Made by a program: the position numbers and the translations under genes
In this document: piece after piece, positions 18,849-29,215 of the stretch
How the letters are laid out: every line of letters starts with the position of its first letter
Position numbering within the stretch: position 1 is the stretch's first letter
The notes under the pieces: model-generated
Databases searched by the model: none
Seen by the model: the letters and a program-made list of their open reading frames with translations, nothing else
Told to the model about the DNA's origin: nothing
Source: an uncultured virus (IMG/VR IMGVR_UViG_3300042937_001207)
Taxonomy: Duplodnaviria; Heunggongvirae; Uroviricota; Caudoviricetes
DNA: 60,576 bases
Strand: one strand, 5' to 3'
IMG/VR virus record: IMGVR_UViG_3300042937_001207

Positions 18849-20218
18849 TTGTTGTTCTCTAAGTAGTAATTGAGGTCTTCTGGCGTTCCGATTCCCCACA
18901 TCTTAGGGACTTCTTTAATTCGTATCTTTTTACCGTCCTGGATTGCTTCATTAAATACCGGGCAGACATAGAACTCATTATTTGTTCTAATATCTTTTTC
19001 AATCATTTGATTTGCATATTTGACATAATCCGAGCCGTGCTTCCAGTAGTAAATGCCAACCGTTGCATTGTCTGAAATTGGATTTTTTTCTGCCACCTCT
19101 GTTACAAGACCATCATCACCGAGCTTTGCATAAGACCATTTTGGATGGGTCGCCTTGAACGTGAGGATTCCACCGTCAATACCCTCGGCTCCAAATGCAT
19201 ACAAGCAATCATTGCTACTCCACTCAACTATTTGGTCGGAGTTTGCCATCAATAATGGTTCCTCATTATCAATCAATCCAGATGCCAGCAAGGTTGTACA
19301 TGCGGCCCCCTCTGTCATTCCATCAACCAAAACAATGTCGCACCCAGGCTTAATGAGACCTAGGACTTGTTTTAAGTTATATTTCTCGTAGTGTTCTTTT
19401 TGCACCAAGAAAATAAAATGAGCATCAATATTTAGGTTCTCAACTACGACCTGAATCATTGGCTTGCCATTTACCTCAATCAATGGTTTTGGAAATGTAT
19501 AACCAGCCTGTGCGAAGCGTGAACCAGCCCCCGCCATCGGTATCAAAACATTCATCTTTTCATTCCTCCATGCAACAGGCTTTTTGCCCCTTGTCTCAAT
19601 TTCTTCAACGAAGCGTAGTAGGCGCTCCTTAATAAGGTCATCAGCATTCTTGATTGCATGGAGGTTTGCTCCAGAGCTGAGCGCTCCCTCTCTGCCAACA
19701 TGTGAATCCTCAATAATTATAGTATTTGCTGGGCTTGCATCCAGCGAGACCATGCACTGCCAGTACATCTCTGGATGTGGCTTATGGTTCCTTACATCCT
19801 CGTTGCTCATGATGTAGCTCACATACTTAAGTACCCCGATTGCGTCAAGCGCCGTTATCACGGTGTCTCTTATGGCATTTGAGGCAACAGCAATCCGCCA
19901 CCCTTTTTCCTTGAGGGTCTGCATTATGTCAATCGCTACATAGTTTTTTGGGAAGTCTGCAAGTATCTTCAATGTTGCTTTTTGTTTATCTTCCCAGACT
20001 TGTTGATGCATTGATTCCGGAAGACCTTTTTCTTCTGTAAGCATCTTTAGCTTGGTTGTCGTCCCTAATCCGTCGTATTTTGACAGATGCTCTTCTTGGG
20101 AAATTATGTATTCTTTTCCAACCCTGCTCAGGGCGATATTGAGAGAATCATAGTGGACTTCTCTTGACTCAATTAAAACTCCATCAAGGTCAAAGATAAT
20201 AAGAAAGTTATTTTTCAT
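18845..20218 (-). CDS. HAD phosphatase fused to a sugar nucleotidyltransferase
   Basis: IFDLDGVL, KPHPE and EDS..G HAD motifs; IPMAGAGSRF..PKPLI, EKNPIS, NEFYVCP and GTPEDL; start reassigned to 20218. Confidence 0.9.
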   Translation of the reverse strand: MKNNFLIIFDLDGVLIESREVHYDSLNIALSRVGKEYIISQEEHLSKYDGLGTTTKLKMLTEEKGLPESMHQQVWEDKQKATLKILADFPKNYVAIDIMQTLKEKGWRIAVASNAIRDTVITALDAIGVLKYVSYIMSNEDVRNHKPHPEMYWQCMVSLDASPANTIIIEDSHVGREGALSSGANLHAIKNADDLIKERLLRFVEEIETRGKKPVAWRNEKMNVLIPMAGAGSRFAQAGYTFPKPLIEVNGKPMIQVVVENLNIDAHFIFLVQKEHYEKYNLKQVLGLIKPGCDIVLVDGMTEGAACTTLLASGLIDNEEPLLMANSDQIVEWSSNDCLYAFGAEGIDGGILTFKATHPKWSYAKLGDDGLVTEVAEKNPISDNATVGIYYWKHGSDYVKYANQMIEKDIRTNNEFYVCPVFNEAIQDGKKIRIKEVPKMWGIGTPEDLNYYLENNK

Positions 20219-20864
20219 CTGGATTAGGTCCTGCGTGCCTGTGCCATTTATTGTGACGAACAATGCTTTTTCCATTGCATTTCATTACATACTTGTCGCG
20301 GACTCGCATTGACCACTCAACATCTTCTGCTTCGTTCCATCCACGTGATTCGTCAAGAGGTTCTTCAATCATCACATGTTTTTTTACTATAAAAAAACCG
20401 CCCGATATATACATGTACTGAGTTTGGGTCCAGTCGTTGTAGTCAAGTGACCATGCCCGACCGTGATTAGGCTTGTCCCAGAGAGACCAGTCCATAGGAT
20501 TTCTGGCTCCATTTATTAGATACTGCGGGCATGAGCAAATATCCCAGTCCGTACCAAATGACTTAAACTCCTCATACCAGCTTGCGTCAAATAGGTGGTA
20601 ATCGTGCATCAGCACGATATTCTCGTACGTTGAATTCTGGGCAAGGATGTTTTTCTTCCTAGTAATCCACTTTGGTTTTACCGATTCGTCAAAGTCAATT
20701 TTTACAACCTCAGGGCCATCAACACCAGATGAGTCACCACCACCAACAATCAGTATTTCAAAACTGGGAATTTTTAGACTTTGAATATTTTTTACTATTT
20801 CGTTGAGACGCTGTTTATCTTCGTAAACTGTAATTATCCCAAACGTGAAAGATATATCACTCAT
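20208..20864 (-). CDS. Glycosyltransferase, GT-A fold (family 2-like)
   Basis: ITRKKNI, LMHDY, GGFFIVKK, EDVEWSMR. Confidence 0.7.
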   Translation of the reverse strand: MSDISFTFGIITVYEDKQRLNEIVKNIQSLKIPSFEILIVGGGDSSGVDGPEVVKIDFDESVKPKWITRKKNILAQNSTYENIVLMHDYHLFDASWYEEFKSFGTDWDICSCPQYLINGARNPMDWSLWDKPNHGRAWSLDYNDWTQTQYMYISGGFFIVKKHVMIEEPLDESRGWNEAEDVEWSMRVRDKYVMKCNGKSIVRHNKWHRHAGPNPDEK

Positions 20865-20871
20865 AATACTT

Positions 20872-21969
20872 CTACATGCTGTCCAAGATAAATTTTAGTG
20901 TCGAGTCCCACTCTGGTGCTCTAGCTTTGACGGTAAAATTTTTTAAGTTTTCTAAATTAATTTCTGCATCGTCAATTCTCTTTTGAGGGTCACGCAGCTC
21001 ATTAAAGTGATACTCCCAGTCTTCCCAGTTGTGCGCAATTCGACCTATTCCCGCTTTTGCTAGTTCTAGGTATTCCGGGGACGGAGAAGCAATGAACGGA
21101 ACGCCAGCGGCAGCGTACTCAAGGCCTTTTATGTACGATTTTGCATCGTTAAATTTAACTGGGCTCAGTGGCACTAAGCCAATGTCAATATGCTTGAACA
21201 GTTTAGGATAATCACTAATTGGCAACATGTGTGAAACACTGCAATGCATAACATGCACTCCGGCCAACTCATGAGCAAGTGGCGCATTGTCTGTATGCCC
21301 AGAGTGATGAAACTTTAACTTATTTTTTTGTATATATTTACCAAATTTTGGCCCCAATACCTCAAGGTCGTTTGACCTCCATGGAGTTGCCCCCACCCAA
21401 CCGATTGTAGGGTTCCAGGTATCTCTAACTTTTCTCTTTACCCATCTATCTAAATCTATTCCGTTTCTAACCATAAAAACATTTTTATGGAATTGTTTGT
21501 AGTAATCCAGTAGAAATGGAGTGGATACAATAAGGGCATCGGCTTGTTCTATTATTTTTGCATAGTGCCCTCTGTTTACTTCTGGATTTTTTTTGGGGTC
21601 AGTTGTTTCAAATGCTCTATTGGTTGGCTCTAAGCCGTCAAACCAGTCGTCAATATCTACTATTATCTTTTGACCCAATTCTTTGGCAATTGGCATAAAA
21701 TCGGCAAAAGTTTTATGCATTATTAACTTTAAGATTATTAAATCCCAGCCGTGTATTGCTTTATCATCCTCTATAAGCAAACCAATACCTTTTGATTGAT
21801 TCAAACCAGGCAGTCCAAGACCGCAAACCCAGTTATAATCTTTCTGCAACTCGTCCATTGGCAGTTTGCACCTGTAATGAGCGCAGCCGTTTGGCTGGAT
21901 TGGCTGCAAACCGAAAGACCAATCAGTGGTCAAAAAAGCGGCCGTAGGTCTTCTTACTTCTTCGGTCAT
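20872..21969 (-). CDS. Glycosyltransferase, GT-B fold (family 1/4-like)
   Basis: DIDDWF, VSTPFL, RNGID, IGWVG, DIGLVPL..FNDAKSYIKGLEYAAAGVPFIAS. Confidence 0.85.
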   Translation of the reverse strand: MTEEVRRPTAAFLTTDWSFGLQPIQPNGCAHYRCKLPMDELQKDYNWVCGLGLPGLNQSKGIGLLIEDDKAIHGWDLIILKLIMHKTFADFMPIAKELGQKIIVDIDDWFDGLEPTNRAFETTDPKKNPEVNRGHYAKIIEQADALIVSTPFLLDYYKQFHKNVFMVRNGIDLDRWVKRKVRDTWNPTIGWVGATPWRSNDLEVLGPKFGKYIQKNKLKFHHSGHTDNAPLAHELAGVHVMHCSVSHMLPISDYPKLFKHIDIGLVPLSPVKFNDAKSYIKGLEYAAAGVPFIASPSPEYLELAKAGIGRIAHNWEDWEYHFNELRDPQKRIDDAEINLENLKNFTVKARAPEWDSTLKFILDSM

Positions 21970-22415
21970 TGGATAGATTCTAGTACAAGCTTGTAGGGGT
22001 TGATTTGATGGGGCCAGAAATAAGGAATTGATGGATTAACTTCCCCAAACAAAGGGATGTAATATTCTGGTAATTTACGTACGAGATTAGACTTGTGACT
22101 TTCATGTATGCGCTCATCACCAATCCATGGAGGTAGAGCATCAAAGCTTGGTTCCACCAACGATGAAATTTTATCTAGGCATGTATCCTTGTACCCACGA
22201 GCAATCCACGCTTTGCAGATTTCTACTCCGTAGGCTGAAAGCGCAGACTCAAAACCTACCCACATTTTTACAGCTGGGTGGCTTTTCCATCCGTATTCTG
22301 GGTCAAGTAAGCTTTTGAGGATTTGCAGTGTCTCTACGCGCTGTTTGCCGAGTCGCCTGTAGTCGAGTACTGATGCCGATTCCTCAAAACTTGGATATGG
22401 TAAAAATGTTTGCAT
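21966..22415 (-). CDS. MSMEG_6728-family / pyrimidine-dimer DNA glycosylase-like protein
   Basis: MQTFLPY..LDYRRLGKQRVE..QIL, HPAVKMW, W..RGYKDT, H.SH.SNL.RK..Y; leaderless TACTAT-N6-ATG. Confidence 0.85.
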   Translation of the reverse strand: MQTFLPYPSFEESASVLDYRRLGKQRVETLQILKSLLDPEYGWKSHPAVKMWVGFESALSAYGVEICKAWIARGYKDTCLDKISSLVEPSFDALPPWIGDERIHESHKSNLVRKLPEYYIPLFGEVNPSIPYFWPHQINPYKLVLESIQ

Positions 22416-22459
22416 AAATAGATAGTACCCTTGCATCATGAGAATTTCAATGGATTTTT

Positions 22460-22903
22460 ATGGAAATTAATAAAAAAAGTGCTCCCCAAAATAGTGTTGT
22501 TGACATAATAAGACAGGGTCAATGGGGTGGTGTTGTATACCTTCATAAGCTTTCCTGTGGCCATCTTGAGCCACGAAAGAGGCCGGCAAAGACCGAAAAG
22601 ATTGCATGTTCAATGTGCGTCAAAGCCTCAACATTTACAAAAATGTCAGCTGAGTTTATTAGAACAGGTGTGGGGTACGAAGGATACGACGAAATAGAGG
22701 TAGAAGAGAACCAGTCTGAGGTTTTGCTTTCATCACTCCAGGAAGAGGTCTCTAGGATGCGCGTGCATATAGCAAAAAAGCTACAGCTACTACCAGACGA
22801 CATAATCATACACATTGAAGAATCTGAAGATGGTTCAAATATTAGTGGCGGCTCTATCTTTCTTGATAGAGACTCGCTATTTAGACTTTCCGAAGAGGGT
22901 TAG
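22460..22903 (+). CDS. Hypothetical protein (possible Zn ribbon)
   Basis: 147 aa; LSCGH...CSMC. Confidence 0.6.
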   Translation: MEINKKSAPQNSVVDIIRQGQWGGVVYLHKLSCGHLEPRKRPAKTEKIACSMCVKASTFTKMSAEFIRTGVGYEGYDEIEVEENQSEVLLSSLQEEVSRMRVHIAKKLQLLPDDIIIHIEESEDGSNISGGSIFLDRDSLFRLSEEG

Positions 22904-23112
22904 TCAGCATCATCAATAATTGTTTTTTTCTTCTTTTTCCCAACAGGACCATACAGGTCATGAGTTCTCTGTGGATGACCCAAGGGTAGTCGAAGTCTTT
23001 TTTTGCCGGCTTTTGTACCAGCAACGGTTTCGACTTCTTTGGTTATCGGGTTAATTCTGGTTCTGCCTGATGATTTTGAATTGTTATTTGCCACAAGTGA
23101 ATAGTAACCCAA
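22900..23112 (-). CDS. Small basic hypothetical protein
   Basis: ORF of about 60-70 aa; start uncertain. Confidence 0.45.
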   Translation of the reverse strand: MGYYSLVANNNSKSSGRTRINPITKEVETVAGTKAGKKRLRLPLGHPQRTHDLYGPVGKKKKKTIIDDAD

Positions 23113-23130
23113 CGCAAGTAGTACTGGTTG

Positions 23131-23712
23131 CTACTTGCTCTTTTTGCACCTGTGGGCGTGTTCCGGACCCCATGCACATGGGTCCCATGGGTCCCATCCG
23201 GCAAGCTTGAATAGCTCTCGCCCGACTTTTAGGTTGTTTACAGGGTCAAGAAGGTCTTCCTGCGTGCAGAATCCAAATTGGACGCACGCAATGGCGTTCT
23301 TGTTCCGGCTCAGGTCCCAGTTTACTCCGTTGATTTGCAGGAGGCCCGAATCTGACTTATTTGTTGCTTTGGTATACCCGGTGATATTGCAGTTCTTATC
23401 AACGATGGAGCTGCCGATGCGGTTTGGGCAGCCACCAGACTCGCGGAGGACGATTTTCTTGAGCTTCGGTATCTGTTTTGCCGGCCAACCAACGCTTAGA
23501 GCCATTTCATCAAGCCATGAAACATCGCCATGGGTGAACTTTACTGCCTCAAAACTGCTGATTTCGTTACTCTTTTCGCGCTGAATCAACGCTGCAGATT
23601 CACGGCCAATGCTTGCATATGGAGCTTTTGCCTCCATTGCATTTACTACCGAGACCCCTACCTGGGCGATAACCATAAAAAAAATAGCGTAAATTCCAGT
23701 TTTGACGTTCAA
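23131..23712 (-). CDS. Secreted lytic transglycosylase (SLT/lysozyme-like)
   Basis: N-terminal signal-like hydrophobic segment; RESGG catalytic Glu, DSGLLQIN, LLDPVNNL, GWDPW; AAGGAG RBS before the TTG. Confidence 0.8.
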   Translation of the reverse strand: MNVKTGIYAIFFMVIAQVGVSVVNAMEAKAPYASIGRESAALIQREKSNEISSFEAVKFTHGDVSWLDEMALSVGWPAKQIPKLKKIVLRESGGCPNRIGSSIVDKNCNITGYTKATNKSDSGLLQINGVNWDLSRNKNAIACVQFGFCTQEDLLDPVNNLKVGRELFKLAGWDPWDPCAWGPEHAHRCKKSK

Positions 23713-23810
23713 GTTTGACTCCTTGGTTAGGTGTGTAGGACGTAGAGACGATGCAACCCCAGTGGGGACCTATCTCAGTTTGAAAAAACCCTTCGTGTAT
23801 CCATACATCA

Positions 23811-23840
23811 ATTATAGCCTTTTGTGGAATCTTTCCGCAA
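23811..23840 (-). promoter_or_regulatory. Sigma70-type promoter for the transglycosylase gene
   Basis: TTGCGG-N18-TATAAT on the minus strand. Confidence 0.5.
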
Positions 23841-23994
23841 TTTTACTGAAGTTTTGAGAAAATAAAATCCTTACCAACAAAGGGTTTTAAGGGTTTTGGT
23901 TAAAAAAATATATTTTTGGTGCGATTTTGCGGTCGTATTGTTCGTATTTGCACCAATGACCAAGAACTCTTGAGCGTCGACCGATAGGAGAAAA

Positions 23995-24393
23995 TTACTC
24001 TTCTATTTTATTTTTTACCTGGGAGTACTTTGCGTAATGAAGAGTTCTCTCTGCATATTCAGGATTTAGTGTTTTAAACCAGTTTCCAACCGACCTCATT
24101 AGAACCCCCGGTTTGCCGGTTGCCTCGCATGTCCTGCCTGCAATTTCCTCGTACCTCGCAACGACAGCGTCCATCTCGTCACGTAAGCCTGGATTTGAAG
24201 ACTGGAAATAGTACCTAAGCCCACCAAATTTTTCTTTTACCTGGAACAAGTCGTATTTTGGGTCAATTTTGGATAGCTCTTTATCGCAATCAATAATCAA
24301 TTGATACCAGCCCTCGTCGACTTCTATCCGAGAGTAATAGGGGGGTTTTATCTTCTTTGCTAGTTCTTCTACATGTTTACTTAAGTCATTCAT
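23995..24393 (-). CDS. Conserved phage hypothetical protein
   Basis: GWYQLI..QVKEKFGGLRYY..TCE..G.PG motif typical of phage proteins. Confidence 0.7.
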   Translation of the reverse strand: MNDLSKHVEELAKKIKPPYYSRIEVDEGWYQLIIDCDKELSKIDPKYDLFQVKEKFGGLRYYFQSSNPGLRDEMDAVVARYEEIAGRTCEATGKPGVLMRSVGNWFKTLNPEYAERTLHYAKYSQVKNKIEE

Positions 24394-24402
24394 AAAGCTC
24401 CC

Positions 24403-24684
24403 TTACCTGATTACCTTTACACCGCGTTTTGTACGCTCGCGTTGTCGCTGTCTATGCGAAAGTCCACCCCATATTCCCTGAACGCCCATGAATTGCAATG
24501 AAAAATTTAGACAGTCGTTTTTTGAATTGCAAGAATTGCAAATCTCAACAGCTTTCTCACTATTGAGCTTATCCTGCCCCCCAGCATGTTTTTCTGGAAA
24601 CCACCAATCCGTTGGAAATCCCCTGCAGGCACCGTCAAAACTTGGAACCGGAATATTTGCGTTTAAAAGGTCAATGTCATACAT
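24403..24684 (-). CDS. whiB: WhiB-family transcription factor
   Basis: GAC..WWFPE..AVEICNSC....CL..GIWGGLS..QR. Confidence 0.92.
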   Translation of the reverse strand: MYDIDLLNANIPVPSFDGACRGFPTDWWFPEKHAGGQDKLNSEKAVEICNSCNSKNDCLNFSLQFMGVQGIWGGLSHRQRQRERTKRGVKVIR

Positions 24685-24958
24685 TTTTATTGTTTGAATC
24701 TTTCATTCGTCCCCTGACCTTGTCGTACAAACCGCTTCTGATGTCATCATAGACCTCGGCGGCATATTCTGGATGCCCCAAATCAAGGGCAAGAATTTTT
24801 GCAGTTTTTTCCCAGTCGCTAACCGTCTTGCGTAAAAGCTCAATCTCTGCAATTGCTTCGTCGGCGTCAGACCAAAATAGTCTATGTTTCAATCTCTTGA
24901 CAATGTCCTCAATCATTTTTAGACATACCTTTTGTTTTTCGGGCAATGATTTTTTCAA
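24677..24958 (-). CDS. Hypothetical protein
   Basis: DIVKRL...EAIAEIELLR motif; start probably at the internal Met. Confidence 0.55.
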   Translation of the reverse strand: MKKSLPEKQKVCLKMIEDIVKRLKHRLFWSDADEAIAEIELLRKTVSDWEKTAKILALDLGHPEYAAEVYDDIRSGLYDKVRGRMKDSNNKNV

Positions 24959-25190
24959 TTTTTTTTCTTATTTTTGACATTTCGTTCCATATTCTGTCAA
25001 ATTGTTCTTTTTCGTTGCGAGTTACTGCAACGCAATTGTCTTCAATTTTTGGAATAAATTGCTGAATTTCTTTTGACAAAACAACATGTTGCTCACGGAG
25101 GGAGATTATTTTTTTTCTAGATTTCTCATCAACATCTATTTTTTCAATGTCTTTTATCACTGTCCAAAAATTTATTCTGCCTATATTCAT
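24909..25190 (-). CDS. Hypothetical protein
   Basis: 93 aa ORF with GGAG RBS. Confidence 0.55.
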   Translation of the reverse strand: MNIGRINFWTVIKDIEKIDVDEKSRKKIISLREQHVVLSKEIQQFIPKIEDNCVAVTRNEKEQFDRIWNEMSKIRKKIEKIIARKTKGMSKND

Positions 25191-25211
25191 ACATCCTCCG
25201 TTGGTGCGTTG

Positions 25212-25284
<73 letters not shown>

Positions 25285-25464
25285 GATTCAATCTTGCTCT
25301 TCATTTTTGGGTTCAGGTGCGCAGTCTTCTTCTTGTTCTAAATAATAAATTTGTTCTTGCCCGCCAAGAGACGTTCGCTCAACATTTATTATTTTTTGAA
25401 TTATTTTTTTTATTTCTGCCACCATAGTCCACACAGTAGAACAAAGTTTTACAAAAGTCAAGAC

Positions 25465-27393
25465 CTACTTGATTGGACAGGCTCCTGTTGAGCAGTCATC
25501 TAGGGCCAGTGCATCCCCAAATGCTGCATCCTGCAATGGAACAAAGAAATCAATTTTTGAGAGCAGTTTCTCGTAGGCCTCTTTTGCCACTTCCTCGTAA
25601 GGAGGCAATGGAAAGTTGTGGTCTGCGTGGAGAAGGAATGAAACGGACTTTACACCCTTGTCATAATTCCTGGACAGCCAGTCTTTGATTGAGTCAAGCT
25701 CTTCCTTGCGGTAGTAGACAGTCACAGATACAGCGTTGTCAGCCCAAATTGTCTGCATTTTCTTAACCCACTCAAGTTGCTCAACTGCAGTCATGGCTGA
25801 TGCGAGGACAGCACTTTCTGGAGACTTGCATGGGAATTCAACAACATATCGAGTGTGGTCTTCTCGGCCGTCGATACCAATGTCCCAAACGACCTTGTAC
25901 CCACGCTTGCGACAGGCATCAACCAACGGGTCCGAGGAGCCAAAGCGAACACGCCTGATGTAGAAAGGGGCAAATGCTGGATGAATGCCCGGAGTCACTC
26001 CAGGAAGCAGTGAGAGCGTTCCAGATGGCTGGACAGTCGTCAGACGGACGGATTCAGGGAAATCATGCTCAGATGAATAAGCAGCGTCTACGGACCGCAG
26101 GTAGCTATAGCCACCAGACAGCCAACTAATCTGCTCTTCTGAACACTGGAGAACTCCGGTAATACTCTGTCCAAGTCGTGCGTTTTTCGTAACCATAGTT
26201 ACGGTTTTTTCGTATGGATAGTTCATTCGCGTAATGTGCTTTTGGGTCATGTACAGAAGTTTGGACACAGAATGAAGCTGTTCTTCTGACTCAATGTTTG
26301 GCAGGAAGATTGTTGACAGGTTGCACGACTCTCCGTCGCCTAGTGCAATTTCTGCGCATGGATTAAAGCCCTCAATCGTTGGGTCTGGGCGCTTTTCTCC
26401 CAAGCGACCGTACTGGCGTGCAAGCTTGCGATTAACAAGACCGTATGGCTCTCCAGTTCCGTCATAGCCCTTCCAAAGCTCAGGCATGATTTCATCGTAG
26501 GCATCTGCATAGATTGAGTTGTTTGAGTTTGCTCGCCATGCCGGAACATTCCCTGATGCCCAGTTCTTTGCACGAATAAAAAGCACATCGTCTGGGTCAC
26601 CAATTGCAATTTGGGCTGAACGACGTGAGGAGCCAGAGACAACGATGCGACCAATGATGTTGCAAATATCAAGCACATCGATTGAACGGAGCTTCTTACC
26701 TTCACGATTCTGCATCACCTTTGAGATGTCTGCAATTCCGTCAATAAGTGCACCAGGGCCAGATGCAGTGCCTCCAAATGTCTTCAGCGGTGCGCCGTAT
26801 TCACGAATAAGAATCGTGGAGTACGAAAAAGACTTTCCGGTGTCAAAATAAGACTTAAGGACTGCATGGAGGAGTCGTTTCCAGCCTTGACGTGAATCCG
26901 GAACAATGATGTCCGCATCGTTGGAACGCTCATGAACGATTGACACTCCGGACTTTACCTTTGGCAAGTCGTGAATCTTTGAACGCTCAACGGAGAAGCC
27001 AACTCCGCCACCAAGCATCAAATACTCAAACAGAAGTTCAAAGTCTTCAATTTTTTCGATGTTTGTGAAGTAGCAATTATTCAATGATGAACCACTGAAC
27101 TTCTTAACCAATGGGGTTCCGAGCTGCCAAAGGGCGCGTCCAGAAAAAGAACAACGAAGATTGAACATGTGGTCAAACAGTTCTTCCGCTTCGTCTTTTG
27201 TGTAAGGAACGCCAATTTCAATAGCGCCGTCGATTACGCGAGTGATTGTCTCTAACCATGTCTCGTTTCGTCCGAGCTCTTCAATCCTGCGGCTATAGGT
27301 TCGGAGGTAAACAACCTCGCCAAGGCCACCAAAACCCCAAGGCGGTGTTTTGGTCTTGTACGGAAAAAGAAATTCTTCGGAAAAAATTGACAT
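25465..27393 (-). CDS. nrdJ: Class II (adenosylcobalamin-dependent) ribonucleotide reductase
   Basis: RTYSR..ETW, SGRALW, NNC, GGGVG, NPCAEI catalytic motif, TVQPSGTLS, C-terminal CSTGACP. Confidence 0.93.
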   Translation of the reverse strand: MSIFSEEFLFPYKTKTPPWGFGGLGEVVYLRTYSRRIEELGRNETWLETITRVIDGAIEIGVPYTKDEAEELFDHMFNLRCSFSGRALWQLGTPLVKKFSGSSLNNCYFTNIEKIEDFELLFEYLMLGGGVGFSVERSKIHDLPKVKSGVSIVHERSNDADIIVPDSRQGWKRLLHAVLKSYFDTGKSFSYSTILIREYGAPLKTFGGTASGPGALIDGIADISKVMQNREGKKLRSIDVLDICNIIGRIVVSGSSRRSAQIAIGDPDDVLFIRAKNWASGNVPAWRANSNNSIYADAYDEIMPELWKGYDGTGEPYGLVNRKLARQYGRLGEKRPDPTIEGFNPCAEIALGDGESCNLSTIFLPNIESEEQLHSVSKLLYMTQKHITRMNYPYEKTVTMVTKNARLGQSITGVLQCSEEQISWLSGGYSYLRSVDAAYSSEHDFPESVRLTTVQPSGTLSLLPGVTPGIHPAFAPFYIRRVRFGSSDPLVDACRKRGYKVVWDIGIDGREDHTRYVVEFPCKSPESAVLASAMTAVEQLEWVKKMQTIWADNAVSVTVYYRKEELDSIKDWLSRNYDKGVKSVSFLLHADHNFPLPPYEEVAKEAYEKLLSKIDFFVPLQDAAFGDALALDDCSTGACPIK

Positions 27394-27460
27394 TAGGTGC
27401 CCCTCTGGTTGTTAGGGGAACGATAATACACCCCTTTGCATGAAAACAACTGTCAATTTA

Positions 27461-27790
27461 TTAAATAATCCCAAGTTCTTTTGCACGTGCGACTGTGACA
27501 TATGAACCCTTTTTCACAATAATCACTCGTGCTGTTGTGAACGGGGTTATCTGTCGGTTTTCGTAAATTGTTTCTTCAACTAATATTTTTTGAACATCTT
27601 TAAAAGATTCAAGCGTTTCTGTTGCGAATGCAATTTCGACTTTTCCATGACTTTCTGGCGAGCAATCTCCAGTTGGGTGACCACAAACAATACAGGGCGA
27701 CCTATCTGCTCTGTGTATAGGTATTCCATCAGCTGTCTCGTCAGTTCTTGAAAAAATACTGAAGCTTGATGAATAAAAAGAATCGCTCAC
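27461..27790 (-). CDS. Hypothetical protein
   Basis: CIVCGHPTGDC; leaderless TAACAT-N6-GTG. Confidence 0.65.
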   Translation of the reverse strand: MSDSFYSSSFSIFSRTDETADGIPIHRADRSPCIVCGHPTGDCSPESHGKVEIAFATETLESFKDVQKILVEETIYENRQITPFTTARVIIVKKGSYVTVARAKELGII

Positions 27791-28053
27791 ACAAAGATGT
27801 TACCACCATTCAAAAGTAAGGCTTAAAAATCAAGAACGAGGGAAACGGCGGCCACACCCAAATCAATGTCAGATAGATTAATCCGAGGTTTCCGGACCAC
27901 CACAAATTAGGGGGGCTACCAAAAAATCGGAACTAGCCATACGGCATACCCATATAGAAAAAGGGAACTGTCCTTCGCAAAATTTTTTTCTAGGACCCTC
28001 TTTTTCAGATAAATCTATTTCAAATGAGATGATGCCTGCTATATATTAGGGCT

Positions 28054-28488
28054 ATGACAAATCAGTACTGGCTAGCGACATACCCGGACCTAATCGAGGG
28101 AATCGAGAATGATGGGATAACAGAGTTCAACGAAGACGATGGCAAATACTTCTTGACTATGTTTGAAAGCGACTATGACGCAGCCGTGATGGTTGCTGTT
28201 TTTGATGGCAAACGAATGGTTGGATTTCAAGAAGCGGACATCAACGGCCGTAAGTATCAGATGCCGGCATATGTCACATTCACAGAAGCTATATGCGTTG
28301 AAGTAGATGTCAACAAGCTTGTAGAAGAAGGTATCGCAACTGTTACTGAAACAGAAATGTTTGACGTACCTGCATACATAATCACAACAGACTCCCCCCT
28401 AATAAAAGCAGAGAACATCATCAACAAGTCAATCGTCTCTATAAAAGATAAGCGCATTCCTGGTCTAAAGGAGAAGTTCATAAAATGA
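28054..28488 (+). CDS. Hypothetical acidic protein
   Basis: 144 aa; leaderless TATATT-N6-ATG. Confidence 0.7.
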   Translation: MTNQYWLATYPDLIEGIENDGITEFNEDDGKYFLTMFESDYDAAVMVAVFDGKRMVGFQEADINGRKYQMPAYVTFTEAICVEVDVNKLVEEGIATVTETEMFDVPAYIITTDSPLIKAENIINKSIVSIKDKRIPGLKEKFIK

Positions 28489-28711
28489 ACCGAAGTAAAT
28501 TCATTGATGTAGCTCTATTGGCCGCAACCATTTTAGGAATTCTTATTGCCGGCATGAGGCTTACCAAGAACATCCAACTGCGTACACCTTCAGATAAATC
28601 TATGTGGGAATAGCGGCTTCAAACACTGTCGTATAGCTACACACACACTTCCGGGCTGCGCAAAAAGTTCGAGCGCCCTTGACTATTTGAGACACTATTT
28701 TTCTATCTCGC

Positions 28712-28825
28712 ACCTTGTTGCTTGCCTTGTCACCTAATCACTTGTCACCTTGTCACCTAAACCCTCGCCTTGTGTCTCTCTTTGTCTCTCTAATCGCTTG
28801 TCACCTTGTCGCTTGACTTGTCTCT
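28712..28825. repeat. Low-complexity short repeats (CTTGTCACC / CCTTG / TGTCTCT)
   Basis: Many imperfect tandem copies in non-coding DNA. Confidence 0.8.
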
Positions 28826-28889
28826 ATATATAGGTATCTAGTGCCATAAATACCCCTTGTGATATATCTAAAGTATTTTCTAATATAAC

Positions 28890-28919
28890 TTGACAATATC
28901 CCACAAGTACCCCTATACT
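28890..28919 (+). promoter_or_regulatory. Strong sigma70-type promoter
   Basis: TTGACA-N18-TATACT followed by an AAGGAG RBS. Confidence 0.8.
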
Positions 28920-28962
28920 GATATTTGTAAGGCACAAGCCCTACCAAAACAAGGAGATAGAT

Positions 28963-29163
28963 ATGAATTACAAAATGGCAGAGACAAAAGTAAGAGTAAA
29001 AGGACTACCAACGGCGGTTTATGCCACTGGCAACCAAGTCCATATCTGGATAGCAAGCCCAACTGGTGACAGTTCAGACAGTTTCCAATACTCAATTCCT
29101 TGCCTTAGCGAGACACAAGCCGAGCAAGTAGCGACAGAGTGGAATAACCTACTTAGCAAGTAG
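28963..29163 (+). CDS. Small hypothetical (early-type) protein
   Basis: Has its own promoter, AAGGAG RBS and terminator. Confidence 0.75.
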   Translation: MNYKMAETKVRVKGLPTAVYATGNQVHIWIASPTGDSSDSFQYSIPCLSETQAEQVATEWNNLLSK

Positions 29164-29174
29164 TCAAGCGTTAC

Positions 29175-29215
29175 AAATAGCCACCTAGCACCCCTCGCTA
29201 GGTGGCTATTTTTTT
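29175..29215 (+). terminator. Rho-independent terminator
   Basis: AAATAGCCACCTAGC...GCTAGGTGGCTATTT followed by a T run. Confidence 0.9.

Noticed and set aside
23713..23810. Possible c-di-AMP (ydaO) riboswitch before the transglycosylase
   Set aside because: The leader is only about 90 nt and I could not find the conserved ydaO motifs; only a small hairpin is present.
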